Made by a program: the position numbers and the translations under genes. The notes beneath the pieces were generated by a model. It ran no database searches, was not told the DNA's origin, and saw only the letters and a list, made by a program, of their open reading frames with translations. Positions 34,207-45,117 of a DNA stretch of 64,000 bases are shown piece after piece; position 1 is the stretch's first letter, and each line of letters begins with the position of its first letter. Origin of the DNA: a virus; IMG/VR virus record IMGVR_UViG_3300046534_001374, positions 32,001-96,000 of that record, one strand, 5' to 3'.

Positions 34207-35823
34207 TTAGTAAACATAGAAGGGTGTGCTCATACCTCCTTCTGATTTTGTCTTCTTAAGCCAATCGGAGAGTTCTTTTCTCTCCTCAAGACCTTGTGCC
34301 AAAAGATCATTACCGTTGATTTGCAATCCGCCAATAGTCGATCCGCCAAATTTGGTTAATGTATTACCCATAATAATTTTGGTCAATGCTGTAGAATAAT
34401 CTTGAACCCAAGTTTCGGAAATCATTTGTGATATAGATCTCTCTAAGTTAATACCTAACAGGTAACACCCATTTCGGTAAATCCCGCCACTTCTATTTTT
34501 AAAGATCTTCAGTCTCTGGGTAGTGGGGTTAAAATCAAAACTAGTTTTATTACCACCACCAAATCGCTCACGCATCATCTCCATCATCGACATGCTTAGT
34601 TCATGCGTTACTATGTCGTATCCGTATCTGTTGAAATTTCTACCACCAGAGCCATTATACCCGAAAGTTTGTTGTGCTATGATATACTCAAAGCTGAATA
34701 ACCCAATTCCGAAATTGTTCGAAGACATAGGGGCAACCTCAAATACACCAGATATTTTTCGACTCTCGCCTCTGTCGTGATCTTGGTAAATATCAAAAGG
34801 CTCAACTCTAGTATCATACACCAAGGTTGTTACGTTTTTATTAAACTCTACATTTGCCGAAATGGGGTTGGCCGTATCTGGGACTGTATTATTATCGGTA
34901 ACCAATTTGAAACCAGTATTCTTGTCGATATCAAAAGTCCCTACTAATCCTTCGGGTAATGCGAAGTCGTTAACAAATTCAATACTAGCAGTAATATAAC
35001 CACAAGTGTCTAGCTTGCGATCTAAGACGTTGAAGGTTCCCCCTTTGCCTGTATTCAATATTATGGTCTGTAACCCCTCCACGGTGCAGTTAGGGACACT
35101 TGTTACCACAAGGTGTGTTGCTAATGATGGGTCGAAATCGGGATATAACGTTTCATCCACACCCCACCATTCCCAAGCAGAAATACACGGATCTTTATCC
35201 TCCCAACTAATCGGATAGAATTCGGCGATACCGTTTTCAACTTTGACCCAAACATCCAGAACAGGGGAAAGGGATTCTTGAGGAGGATAAGACTCTAAAG
35301 GGGTTATCGTTACCGAGTTAGCATCACAAACTTCAAAAGACCAAGGGTCGGTTGGTTCATAAGTTATTGCAATCGACCCCGTAGTTTCTGTGGCCGAAAC
35401 CGTGAGGCCAGAATCAATCAGCGAGACGCCATTTCCGATAAGGGTAGTCTCTACGGTTTCTCCCGAAACATATTCAGTCTCGATAACATCGCCTGTAAGC
35501 GCAGGGTTTGCGTCTACTCCTGTCTGGCATTGACAGTTGGTGACTATTTCATCCAATCTAATTGAACAACCATCATCTAATGCATCGTCGCAAAATAAAA
35601 CATATTCACGATCATAACCAGCATACCTTGAATATAAATCAATTGCCTCGTCTATGTTATTTGCAATTGCTTCATCTGTAGCATTAATCTTGGACAAAGG
35701 TGCCCCGAGACGGATTTTGATTCTATTAGCAAGGTCTTCGTAAGACTTGATGGAAGAATTCCTATAAGTGGAACCACTCCAGTTATCTGGTAGAACGTTA
35801 TTGGTTGTAATTTCAGAAGCCAT
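34207..35823 (-). CDS. gp13: neck protein gp13 with large insertion
   Basis: RLGAP..IDEAIDLY N-terminus; WVQDYSTAL..G..LTKF..GG..ING C-terminus. Confidence 0.85.
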   Translation of the reverse strand: MASEITTNNVLPDNWSGSTYRNSSIKSYEDLANRIKIRLGAPLSKINATDEAIANNIDEAIDLYSRYAGYDREYVLFCDDALDDGCSIRLDEIVTNCQCQTGVDANPALTGDVIETEYVSGETVETTLIGNGVSLIDSGLTVSATETTGSIAITYEPTDPWSFEVCDANSVTITPLESYPPQESLSPVLDVWVKVENGIAEFYPISWEDKDPCISAWEWWGVDETLYPDFDPSLATHLVVTSVPNCTVEGLQTIILNTGKGGTFNVLDRKLDTCGYITASIEFVNDFALPEGLVGTFDIDKNTGFKLVTDNNTVPDTANPISANVEFNKNVTTLVYDTRVEPFDIYQDHDRGESRKISGVFEVAPMSSNNFGIGLFSFEYIIAQQTFGYNGSGGRNFNRYGYDIVTHELSMSMMEMMRERFGGGNKTSFDFNPTTQRLKIFKNRSGGIYRNGCYLLGINLERSISQMISETWVQDYSTALTKIIMGNTLTKFGGSTIGGLQINGNDLLAQGLEERKELSDWLKKTKSEGGMSTPFYVY

Positions 35824-35976
35824 TACCTTTAATTAGGCTTTTGGTATTGTATCAATCCAACAAGACGTGAGAGAGCGACGATCTGCCGCTAGTAAAGTTT
35901 ATGGTTATATTAGATCGCGTTTTAATTCTGCGTTCATAAACATTGATTAAACCCAACCTAAACCTTAATTACAATT

Positions 35977-36801
35977 ATGGCAAAAAAAGAATCTGAAAAG
36001 TTCACCTCAATTATTGAATCACTTAAAAAGATTAACGATTCTAAGAGAATTAGTTTTAAACTACCGTCCTCTAAGATCGAGGTTGAATTAAATCCACTAC
36101 AAGCAAAGCACATTTCACAAATCAACAGTTCGTTTATGGCTGGTGGTAGTGACGGAACCTTTGCGGCTAGCTTTATCGGTTTATTGAAGAGGTTACTAAC
36201 TGATGTATTGATTCTTCCTGAAGGAAATACCTTCAAAGATTTTGATACTATTGATATGCATTATATCTTGTTCAAAATGAGAGAACTGATCGATCCGATT
36301 TTTAATATAAAATCTGGTGATGGTGAAAATGATATTGCAATCGATATTAAAAACCATATTAAAAATCTTGATAAACTTAAAAACATCAAAAAAGAAATCA
36401 CTTTCGGTAATACTTCTTGTAAAGTTACATTACAGTTACCTAGCTTCGAACATTACGCCAAGTATAGTAAATTCATCGAGATAGCCCACAAAAGCGCCAG
36501 AGATCAAAAAAAACCTAATTTTGAGAATCTTACCAAGGATGTCTTCTCTTTTAGTATATTAACGTATATCTATAAATTGTCGGTTATTGTCGATAAGGAA
36601 GAACATGAATTTATTTTCTCTGAAGAGACACCAGCGAACCAATCAGAAATTCTTGATCACATACCTAAAGACGAATACTCGGAAATCTTCAAATCTATTT
36701 CCAAATTAACAGAACCTATCCAAAAATGTCTAGAAACAGATGTCGAAGATGTTTCTATTCCTATCGACCATACATTTCTGATTCAGAACATGGATAGTTA
36801 A
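35977..36801 (+). CDS. baseplate hub assembly protein (gp26/gp51-like)
   Basis: LPSS..PL..D..YILFKMR..L.LP. Confidence 0.65.
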   Translation: MAKKESEKFTSIIESLKKINDSKRISFKLPSSKIEVELNPLQAKHISQINSSFMAGGSDGTFAASFIGLLKRLLTDVLILPEGNTFKDFDTIDMHYILFKMRELIDPIFNIKSGDGENDIAIDIKNHIKNLDKLKNIKKEITFGNTSCKVTLQLPSFEHYAKYSKFIEIAHKSARDQKKPNFENLTKDVFSFSILTYIYKLSVIVDKEEHEFIFSEETPANQSEILDHIPKDEYSEIFKSISKLTEPIQKCLETDVEDVSIPIDHTFLIQNMDS

Positions 36802-38861
36802 AATTCAACCTTTAATATTTTAGTTGCACTACCCGCAGCAAAATATATACTATTTCCTACAGTTACCGCATATGTGAACCAATTGCCACTTGCTCCGAAA
36901 TCATCCTTTATGTCCTCAAGACTGACCCATCCGATTTCATCAGTTGCAGGATTAATCCAAAATAAATATGGCATCTGCCACGGAGTCGAATAAATTAAAC
37001 CATTCGGACCCTCCACTGTGGAAAAACTTTTTGACAGTGTTGCTGAATATAGTTCGGTCGGCAGGGGAATCTCTTCGGCCATTTCAGTATCTGGATTTAT
37101 TTTAAGTATCGCGTTTGCGTGTCTAGGCATCGCATAGATACACTGATTTACACTTGAAAGAGCACCCCCGCTATATTTAGCTGTATAAGCTCCGTTGTTA
37201 AAATCTATTGGTTGTCCTATTGGTGGAATTTCGGCATTACCGTCTAATGTATCCAAACCTTGTTTTGCGGTCATCGTAAACGGATCAATTATACTGATCC
37301 TATCGCTAGTGAATGGAATTCCGAAGACTTTTCCATTATTAGCAGTTACCGCACCCCAATATCTATCAAAGGTATAATCCGCATACGATTCCCAGTCGGT
37401 TCTAATACTATAAAAAGGCCCAGAACGATCTATATCAAAAAGTATATTTGTGTTTATTTGTGTTTCTAAATCATGAATAAATACTCTGTTAGTTGTCCCC
37501 GAGAATGTTGTTAAAAACAGTTTACCTTGTGATTCGGCAATCCCTCTAGTCTGCCATGCAGAACCACTAGTATCTAGGGTTAGTGTTTCCCCTGAAGCAT
37601 CTATGATTAGAATACCCCCAGCGGCATGTGGTGCTGCATATATCAATCCGTTTGAGGCTACTAAAGAACTTACCCACTTTTGGCTGCTCGAAGTAATCCC
37701 CGATACAGAAGGCCCAAAACTCACGGTATCCGTTTCGGGGTCGATTATCATTATTTCGCTAGCTGCGTATGGTGCGGCAATCAACCTCCCGTCCTCCGCT
37801 TGAGAAATGGACCTCCATTTAATAGAAGTCCCTTTGCTGGTGAGGTCACCAAACGTGCTAATGTTCTTTATTTCTGCGGGTATTGTTTCTGCGGATATTG
37901 TAGGGCCGTATTCGATATATAAATCCCCCTCCTTTTGGCAATCGATTTGGTCTACCTCTGCGCTTGCGGGTAATTCAATTGTATAGCACGACCCCCCAAC
38001 ATAGTTGGGGTATGTTAACTGCTCGAAGAATACAGACCATTTACCATCTTTAGAATACCCCCCTAACAACTCATATGGAAAATCTAACAATTCAATACCA
38101 TCCCAAACTTTTTCTGATAGATCGTATTCATAAATTCTCAAATTCTGAGCTATATCCGAATCAGTTAGAAATAATTCAATTCTACCTTCTTTGGTATTTA
38201 AAACCGCAGAGGTTATGGTTGCTGTTAGATTGGTGGATATTGTTTTGATATTTTCGCCATCAAAGATTCTCAAATTAAATTCTCCTAAAATTTGATCAAT
38301 AATAAATAGTGGATTTTCGTTTTCATCTGAAATTACATTAAAGTAAGACATATACCCCAACGAGAATGTTTCAAAGCTTTTACATGTAGTAAACCAAACT
38401 TGACTTTCCCCCACTAGGACAATCTTATCATAAAAAACATTTACATTTACCAGTTCCAATTCTTCAACTACCAAGCTATCAATGGTTAGAACCGGATTTC
38501 TATCAGAATCAAAAATGAACAGTTTGCCTACGAAGTTTTTCTTGCTGGTTATATTATTCTCGTTTTCAATATCCTTGAATAGGAGATATGCATTACCACA
38601 AACATCCTCAACACATTTAAACAACCTATCTTCCACGATAGATGCATCAACGCATTGCTGGCTGGCTTTGTTAACTAGAGCACTCAGATCCTCAACGGAA
38701 GAGGAGTATGCGGTGTAATTTTGAAAGTCTTGGCTTGCCGCATTCCTTGAATCACAATAGACCCCATTCGTTAACTCGAAAGGTGTCCTGTTTTTTTGAA
38801 CTGTTCGCTCATTAATAAAACTATTAGGATCTCTTACTACTGTTGGGTTATTTTCACTCAC
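36798..38861 (-). CDS. structural protein with C-terminal beta-propeller
   Basis: Repeats W.G..A.NG.IY..P..A..IL.I.P. Confidence 0.65.
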   Translation of the reverse strand: MSENNPTVVRDPNSFINERTVQKNRTPFELTNGVYCDSRNAASQDFQNYTAYSSSVEDLSALVNKASQQCVDASIVEDRLFKCVEDVCGNAYLLFKDIENENNITSKKNFVGKLFIFDSDRNPVLTIDSLVVEELELVNVNVFYDKIVLVGESQVWFTTCKSFETFSLGYMSYFNVISDENENPLFIIDQILGEFNLRIFDGENIKTISTNLTATITSAVLNTKEGRIELFLTDSDIAQNLRIYEYDLSEKVWDGIELLDFPYELLGGYSKDGKWSVFFEQLTYPNYVGGSCYTIELPASAEVDQIDCQKEGDLYIEYGPTISAETIPAEIKNISTFGDLTSKGTSIKWRSISQAEDGRLIAAPYAASEIMIIDPETDTVSFGPSVSGITSSSQKWVSSLVASNGLIYAAPHAAGGILIIDASGETLTLDTSGSAWQTRGIAESQGKLFLTTFSGTTNRVFIHDLETQINTNILFDIDRSGPFYSIRTDWESYADYTFDRYWGAVTANNGKVFGIPFTSDRISIIDPFTMTAKQGLDTLDGNAEIPPIGQPIDFNNGAYTAKYSGGALSSVNQCIYAMPRHANAILKINPDTEMAEEIPLPTELYSATLSKSFSTVEGPNGLIYSTPWQMPYLFWINPATDEIGWVSLEDIKDDFGASGNWFTYAVTVGNSIYFAAGSATKILKVEF

Positions 38862-38862
38862 G

Positions 38863-40722
38863 TTAAATTACAAATGTTGCATCGTTAGAATTGCCAGAAC
38901 CGTCTGTTAATATATTACCAACTAAACCTTCTGCTTCAAAAATAATATCGAATGCATTTTCTTCACTGCATTCTTCGACAACCTCCTCCGAGTTTCTATT
39001 ATTCTTAATATTGAAACTATAGATACCCTCGCCCGTGGTCGTATCAAACACACATATATCCATACTACAGGTAGTAACTGTTATAGACGCTATTGCAGGA
39101 CCGCCAGACTCACAGGGTATAGCGTCAGCCCACACCAACTCAACACCCTCGTTTGAACCATATAAAGACTCAGAACAAGACATATCTCTAGCATCTCTAA
39201 CGGTCGCGGATATGTCTAGTATGTCTAAATTATTATGCCTTAGGTGTTGGTTTGTATGTGTATGGCCATTTAGTATTAGGTCAACAGGTAAATCGTCAAA
39301 CCCCCAGTCCATCTCAGTGACTACCTTATTTGTTGCCGACGACATACCACTAACATATGGGTGGTGGAACATTACAACCCTATACTTTGCAGTTGAAGCC
39401 CCTAATGCCCCTATGAACCATTGATACTGAAGACTACCCACCGTATTACCATCAGGCTCAACCATACTACCATTAGACTTAACGCCACTATTAAGAACAA
39501 ACAATTCTAAACTAGCATCTTCAAACATTACGTTATAGTATCTTTTGTTATTAGGGAGATAATCGAACTTATCGGTTTGTGGGTTCGCCAAATCGAAATT
39601 CTCTATATCGTGATTGCCGATAGCCGGAAATACTTTCTCGATCTGGACATAAGGGTCGAACAAATCCCAATTTGCTTCGATGGTTTCGTAGTCCCCATTT
39701 TCGTAGTTGTTATCTCCACCGAAGAATACCCCGTCCAACTCACCCATTCTATAGAGAATATCGGCAGCATCTGTTTGTTTACTATTAACTTGACCCGCAT
39801 CTGACATGAAACCGAATACACCATAATATTCTGGTGAATCTTTTTTACAAACTTCGGTAAGGACGTTTAAGTTTTTATTGGATAAAGGTCTTTTGTATGT
39901 GTATACCTCACCCGCGCTCAACACCGTTTGTGATGGATTTATATCTTCAAACAAAACACTCTCCAGTTCTGGAGAATCGGATAAACATGTCTCACCAACT
40001 AACCCATAATACCTATCAACCCACACCGACTCACAATCATCACCCTTAAGCCAAGACTCAACACCGTTCGCTATTATATGGTCGGCTTCTTCAGGGCATG
40101 AGCCAGCAAGAGCGCCAAAACAAGAGAAATCAAGATCTACTAAATTTATAGGGTCTGAAAGATCGGGTAATTTAAATGTAAACTCACTTGTATCGAATGT
40201 TTGAGTTATGGTGTTGGTAGTAAAAAGAATAGATGGTTTGAATGTATCAAGTTGATGCTCACCAAAGTTAAAATAACTATAGTTTCTATAACAAGATCCA
40301 CATGTTACGGTTTCTTTTTCGGAGAAATTATTCTTTAAAGGTATAATACTACCCCTAAACAAATACGAATCCGAATCCGCCTCTATCGTAGAAGTCTTAG
40401 GGAAGCTGGTCCAGTAGTTAAAACAGGGTTCTGGTGATTCCTCGGCCATTATAGGAACTTCTTCAGTGAATACGGAGAGGACAGGGGTAGTCATACCCTC
40501 GGAAAATTTAGTTCTTACGTTGGTGAGAAAATTAACACTATTGAAGTTCTGGCTGAAGTCCCAAACTTCACTCAACTCTAATTGTATCCGGTCCCCGTCC
40601 CCTCCTATAAATCCTGCGGGTAGTGTTTCCATAAAACCATCAAAAAAACTCCTATTTGGGTTCAAATAACCAAACTTAATAGGGGTTTTTTTAATATATT
40701 CTGATGGCACAGGTATTAACAT
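38863..40722 (-). CDS. virion protein containing a purple-acid-phosphatase-like metallophosphoesterase
   Basis: SDAG, GDNNY, GNHD, HHP, GHTH; N-terminal part shares GA.AG..P...D with 26577-30032. Confidence 0.75.
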   Translation of the reverse strand: MLIPVPSEYIKKTPIKFGYLNPNRSFFDGFMETLPAGFIGGDGDRIQLELSEVWDFSQNFNSVNFLTNVRTKFSEGMTTPVLSVFTEEVPIMAEESPEPCFNYWTSFPKTSTIEADSDSYLFRGSIIPLKNNFSEKETVTCGSCYRNYSYFNFGEHQLDTFKPSILFTTNTITQTFDTSEFTFKLPDLSDPINLVDLDFSCFGALAGSCPEEADHIIANGVESWLKGDDCESVWVDRYYGLVGETCLSDSPELESVLFEDINPSQTVLSAGEVYTYKRPLSNKNLNVLTEVCKKDSPEYYGVFGFMSDAGQVNSKQTDAADILYRMGELDGVFFGGDNNYENGDYETIEANWDLFDPYVQIEKVFPAIGNHDIENFDLANPQTDKFDYLPNNKRYYNVMFEDASLELFVLNSGVKSNGSMVEPDGNTVGSLQYQWFIGALGASTAKYRVVMFHHPYVSGMSSATNKVVTEMDWGFDDLPVDLILNGHTHTNQHLRHNNLDILDISATVRDARDMSCSESLYGSNEGVELVWADAIPCESGGPAIASITVTTCSMDICVFDTTTGEGIYSFNIKNNRNSEEVVEECSEENAFDIIFEAEGLVGNILTDGSGNSNDATFVI

Positions 40723-40764
40723 CAATTCTAATTATAGGTTTTCACACTATTAAACAAAGGATGG

Positions 40765-41535
40765 TTAAAAACTAGCATAAGCGGGTGGGGTTTTACGGGT
40801 TCTTTCGTTATACTCTCTCTCCATTTCCTCAAAATCCTCAAATTTCTTAACAATAAATTTGACGATTTCGGATCTCACGATATCGTCGGAGGTTAATTGG
40901 AAGAAATTAATGCCCTTATCCACACATTCGGGTGTATCGAAAATTTGTTTGGCTGTCTCTAGGCCCGACCCTTTAATGTCGGACTGTTGGCTATCGCCAC
41001 ACATGATCAATTTCGAACCCTTACCGATACGAGTCATAAGGGTTTTCACTTCATCTATACTGAAATTTTGGATTTCATCAGCAATTACATAATGATCTAC
41101 CCAATTTTGGCCTCTTAGGAAATTTATAGGAGCCGCCTTCAACGGAAGTCCAGACCTAGACCCTACCTCAACTATCTCTTCTACCTTAGAGTCTAGGATA
41201 GCCTTATAATTGGAAAACTTGGCATTTTCGTCACCAGCTAAATATCCCATAGATTTAGACGCACTTTCAATGACCGTTCGTAGATATAAAATATCTTTAA
41301 AATCTTGTTCTTGGTATGCTTTCAGTGCTGCATAGACCGATAGATAACTTTTCCCTACTCCGGCTGGGCCGTCAATTATTACAATTTTAACAGTGTCGTC
41401 CAACATAGCATGTAAAATTTCTCGTTGGTTTTTCGAAAACTTAAAATCCCTTTTATTGAAGGCTATCTTTGTTACCGATGAATTTTTAGATAAAGCTTGA
41501 TTAATATCCGTTACGGATAAGTTATTATTTGACAT
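40765..41535 (-). CDS. phoH: PhoH-like ATPase
   Basis: GPAGVGKS, FLRG, DEIQN, TRIG, GD..QSD, DIVRS. Confidence 0.95.
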   Translation of the reverse strand: MSNNNLSVTDINQALSKNSSVTKIAFNKRDFKFSKNQREILHAMLDDTVKIVIIDGPAGVGKSYLSVYAALKAYQEQDFKDILYLRTVIESASKSMGYLAGDENAKFSNYKAILDSKVEEIVEVGSRSGLPLKAAPINFLRGQNWVDHYVIADEIQNFSIDEVKTLMTRIGKGSKLIMCGDSQQSDIKGSGLETAKQIFDTPECVDKGINFFQLTSDDIVRSEIVKFIVKKFEDFEEMEREYNERTRKTPPAYASF

Positions 41536-41627
41536 CTAAATTTAATTATACCTCACAAACATAAATTCAATCAAACCTATTAAATTAATTTGGGTTGCAA
41601 TAAATTGATTAGTTCATAATTAAATAT

Positions 41628-42776
41628 ATGAAGCAAAAATATACTAAAGAAGTGATAAAATCTATAGCCGGAAAATACACATCGAAAAAGGAATTTATAG
41701 CTAATGATCCTAATGTTTATGGATATATGCGGCGTAAAGGTGAAGATTTTTCTAAAGAAGCTTGTGCTCATATGACACAGCTTAGAAGGAAACATACTGA
41801 CGAATCATTGAAAGATATAGCCAAAGAATTTATGTCCCGAACAGAATTACAAAGGGGTGATGCCTCGGCTTACAGTTGTATTAGAAAAAAAGGTAAACAA
41901 TTCATGAACGAGGCATGTGAACATATGATTCAAGGTAGATTTTCTATAGCACAACTAATGTGTAAAAAGATATTTGAAAATATACTTGATAGTGTTTGTG
42001 TGTATGATACCCGAAAAGTTATTACTCCCTATGAAATTGATATATGGTTTAAAGAGTTTAATTTGGCAATAGAGTATAATGGAAAATTTTGGCATGCCAA
42101 AGAATGTGCAATAAGAAGAGATGCTATTAAAAAGAAAATTTGTGAAGATAGAGGTATACACTTAATAACCATATACGAAGGGGTCAAAGATTACGAGACC
42201 GAAGTTAGGCATAAAATAATAGAAATATTACCACTTATTAATAATATTACCAAAAAACAAATAACTACACAAAATGTTTTAGATGTCGATTGTTCGACAA
42301 TATGGGATGATATACTGAAGAGTAATAGTATTGACGAAATCAATAAGAAAATAAAAAAATGTAAAAACATAAAAGAATTCAAAGAAAAACATTATACCAA
42401 TTATAAATATATCCACAAAAGTGGAAATACAGATATGTTAGACTGTATCAGAGAAAAAGAAAATGAAAATTTGAGTGATGTAGAACTTATGCGGAAATGT
42501 TCAGAAATAACCCATTATGCTAAATTTATAACAGATCATAAAAATTTATACACAATTACCCACAGACGGGGATTATTAGATTCTGTAGCCAAAAATATGA
42601 TTCTCACCAATAGAAGATATAGATTTCATAAACATGAAGATATTATTAATCTGGCGGGAGAATATAAAAATAAGTCTTCTATTGAAAAGGGTGACTGTGC
42701 TTTGTTTAAAGAAATTAACAAAAGAGAAGATATTTCTTGGAGTGACATCTTATTTTTAGCGAAAAGAAAATTCTAA
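41628..42776 (+). CDS. free-standing homing endonuclease (PD-(D/E)xK, Hef-like)
   Basis: YEIDIW..LAIEYNGKFWH; repeated AC.HM modules; very AT-rich. Confidence 0.8.
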   Translation: MKQKYTKEVIKSIAGKYTSKKEFIANDPNVYGYMRRKGEDFSKEACAHMTQLRRKHTDESLKDIAKEFMSRTELQRGDASAYSCIRKKGKQFMNEACEHMIQGRFSIAQLMCKKIFENILDSVCVYDTRKVITPYEIDIWFKEFNLAIEYNGKFWHAKECAIRRDAIKKKICEDRGIHLITIYEGVKDYETEVRHKIIEILPLINNITKKQITTQNVLDVDCSTIWDDILKSNSIDEINKKIKKCKNIKEFKEKHYTNYKYIHKSGNTDMLDCIREKENENLSDVELMRKCSEITHYAKFITDHKNLYTITHRRGLLDSVAKNMILTNRRYRFHKHEDIINLAGEYKNKSSIEKGDCALFKEINKREDISWSDILFLAKRKF

Positions 42777-42784
42777 TTATATTT

Positions 42785-43006
42785 ATGAGTTCTTTTACAA
42801 AGGTTCCCTGTGCAGAATGCGGGACAATGACTATCGCTAAAAATGGAGACACAGATCCACAATATTGTGATTCTTTCTGTCAAGCTAGGAGTAGAGTAAA
42901 CAACCGAAGGAACGGTGGAACTATACCCTCCGCTTCAAACACCAACCTCAAGAGCAGGGTCGTCCGTGGTAGAACCTGCGGGAGCTGCAACTCCAAGAAG
43001 ATTTAA
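42785..43006 (+). CDS. small zinc-finger protein
   Basis: CAEC..YCDSFC..CGSC; TAATTA-N5-ATG. Confidence 0.65.
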   Translation: MSSFTKVPCAECGTMTIAKNGDTDPQYCDSFCQARSRVNNRRNGGTIPSASNTNLKSRVVRGRTCGSCNSKKI

Positions 43007-43429
43007 AGTAATCTCACATTCTTCACCGTCAAAGAAGGCGTCTAACACTCTTTTGAAGACATCATACTCGCCTAGAGTCGGAACCCCTTCTATATTAGAA
43101 CCCCTATTAAAAAGGGTCATGCTAGATTTAAGCTTCAGTGCATCGATTTCGCCTAATATGTCTACAATATCCTTTGTATCATGTTGGAGTAATTGTAAAC
43201 AATTACAGCACAATCGATGAGCGAGATCATAATTTTTAGTATAATCAATAGCCTCTTGTAAATCTTTTACTCCGAAAAAACGAGATCTGGGGCTTTTGCT
43301 TAACCCCAATAATTGGGGAAAAACAAACCACATCCAGTGAGTTTGTTTTTCCCCCCTATTCAATTCTGCGCTTATTTTGTCCCACCCGAAACTATTCTGC
43401 GCTAACCCAAATTTTTCTAATGTTTCCAT
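42935..43429 (-). CDS. DUF1810 (Rv1873-like) protein
   Basis: EL..G.K.THWMWFVFPQL.GL..S. Confidence 0.9.
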   Translation of the reverse strand: METLEKFGLAQNSFGWDKISAELNRGEKQTHWMWFVFPQLLGLSKSPRSRFFGVKDLQEAIDYTKNYDLAHRLCCNCLQLLQHDTKDIVDILGEIDALKLKSSMTLFNRGSNIEGVPTLGEYDVFKRVLDAFFDGEECEITLNLLGVAAPAGSTTDDPALEVGV

Positions 43430-43451
43430 GTTTACTTAGAAGAAGAATTGG

Positions 43452-43721
43452 TTATAGATTTATGATCTGACCTTTAATTCTACCGCCCTCTTCGATTATC
43501 CATTCAAGCGGGTATTCGCTTTTGTTATAGGAATAAACGGTCATAGACTCTGCGGTTGGATTATAACGTTCGAGGTAAATAACTTCAGATTTCTCATCCT
43601 TGATCATCGACACATTAATGCCGCTCTCACCAGAACCAATTGTGGTTCTGGTGTATTTTACCCACCCCAAATCAAAAAGATGTTCCAGTGCGTCGATATC
43701 TTCGTATTCAGTAATTTTCAT
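43452..43721 (-). CDS. hypothetical protein
   Basis: ORF. Confidence 0.65.
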   Translation of the reverse strand: MKITEYEDIDALEHLFDLGWVKYTRTTIGSGESGINVSMIKDEKSEVIYLERYNPTAESMTVYSYNKSEYPLEWIIEEGGRIKGQIINL

Positions 43722-43730
43722 ATTAAAGTC

Positions 43731-44327
43731 CTATTGGATTACGATACCTCTTCCGCAATCAGAGACACTAGCTTCTGTGAGTTGGTCAAGCTTGAATTGT
43801 GCAATCGATCCAGTTTTGAGGTAATTCCTCTTGATGAAGTTTTTGGCTCTAACAGGTGCGCCGCTATTTACAGGCTTCTTCGGTGGCCCTTCCTTGATCA
43901 CCACTCGCTCCACCAGAAGACCTTTTAGATGGACCGACCCAGTTGCAATATGCTCCTTCGTCGCTGGCCCTACCCGCCTGTAGGCGTCAAGTTGTCCATT
44001 GGAACGGTTCTTCGACTCGGTAGTTTCTTTCCTAAGACCCTTGATAAGGGCATCTTTAGCCTCCTCCAAGATGTCTTTGGGGGTTTTTGTATCGTGGTGT
44101 TTGTCGAACTTTGTTAGGATATCGGCGAATTCCAAAACATCTCCTTTGGTTGGGGTCCATTTATCGAGGAATTCCAAATCAGCATTAACACCGTCTTCGT
44201 ATGACATTCCGGCGTTAATTACATAATCGGACACTTCCCCCTTCGCGTTGGTATACCCCTTCACTTTAACGAAGAGGCAGTCTGTTTCGGGGATTTGGCT
44301 TAGTTGGTCTGCAAGTTTTGTTGACAT
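43731..44327 (-). CDS. hypothetical phage protein
   Basis: TTGACA-N17-TAGTAT-N6-ATG. Confidence 0.75.
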   Translation of the reverse strand: MSTKLADQLSQIPETDCLFVKVKGYTNAKGEVSDYVINAGMSYEDGVNADLEFLDKWTPTKGDVLEFADILTKFDKHHDTKTPKDILEEAKDALIKGLRKETTESKNRSNGQLDAYRRVGPATKEHIATGSVHLKGLLVERVVIKEGPPKKPVNSGAPVRAKNFIKRNYLKTGSIAQFKLDQLTEASVSDCGRGIVIQ

Positions 44328-44336
44328 GTCGTTATA

Positions 44337-45113
44337 CTAAAGGTTTTTTTGAATGTTGTCAAGGGATTTTTCATCCACGATCAGATTTTTTGTCTGGAAT
44401 CCAAAATCCCCAAGGTCAAATTCTTGATCCTCTGAGTATGCTGGCATCCCGTCAGCACCCACAATAGCACCTAATGCGCTACCGTCAAGAGAATCTTCAG
44501 ATTCTCCACCTTTTTGATCTCCATTTTCGTCTAGAATCTCGCTAACATAATCAATTCTAGCTTCCCTTGAACCTGTCACCTCGTCAATGAATGCGCATTT
44601 AGATGTAGGGTAGAGTGTTTCGGCTAATGGTCCTCCAGTTGCATATTCCATATAAAAAGTATTCAGGAGATTGTCAAAACCTCTTCTGAAGTCATCGTTG
44701 ATTTCTTCTGGAACTTCGATCCCGTCTTTGTCGTCGATAGGGATGAAATAAATCATATGATAGTATTCCATAGACCTTTTAGTAATTTCAATACTTTCAG
44801 CCAAAAATCCATCAGAAATCTTATCGGCCCCTAGAGAATAAAGAAACATAGTTACCGCTAGATTGTCAAGTAAAGTCCTGTCCATAATGACTCGCCTGTT
44901 CGTGTCTCTTTTCTGCCACAAGCCTTGTGCTTGTTTAAACATGAAATCTCGAATCAATCTCTGACTTTCTTCTGTTCCATTTTCATAAAGATCCAAATTA
45001 GGGATATCCCTATAAGATTCTGCTGGTTGTCCGTATCTAGGAAACTTCTTAACGAAGTCTTTAATAAATGTAGACTTCCCCGTTTTTGTTGCGCCTGTTG
45101 TCCCTATAATCAT
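44337..45113 (-). CDS. AAA_28 / NadR-Ttd14-like nucleotide kinase
   Basis: GATKTGKST, DRTLLD. Confidence 0.8.
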   Translation of the reverse strand: MIIGTTGATKTGKSTFIKDFVKKFPRYGQPAESYRDIPNLDLYENGTEESQRLIRDFMFKQAQGLWQKRDTNRRVIMDRTLLDNLAVTMFLYSLGADKISDGFLAESIEITKRSMEYYHMIYFIPIDDKDGIEVPEEINDDFRRGFDNLLNTFYMEYATGGPLAETLYPTSKCAFIDEVTGSREARIDYVSEILDENGDQKGGESEDSLDGSALGAIVGADGMPAYSEDQEFDLGDFGFQTKNLIVDEKSLDNIQKNL

Positions 45114-45117
45114 TTTC

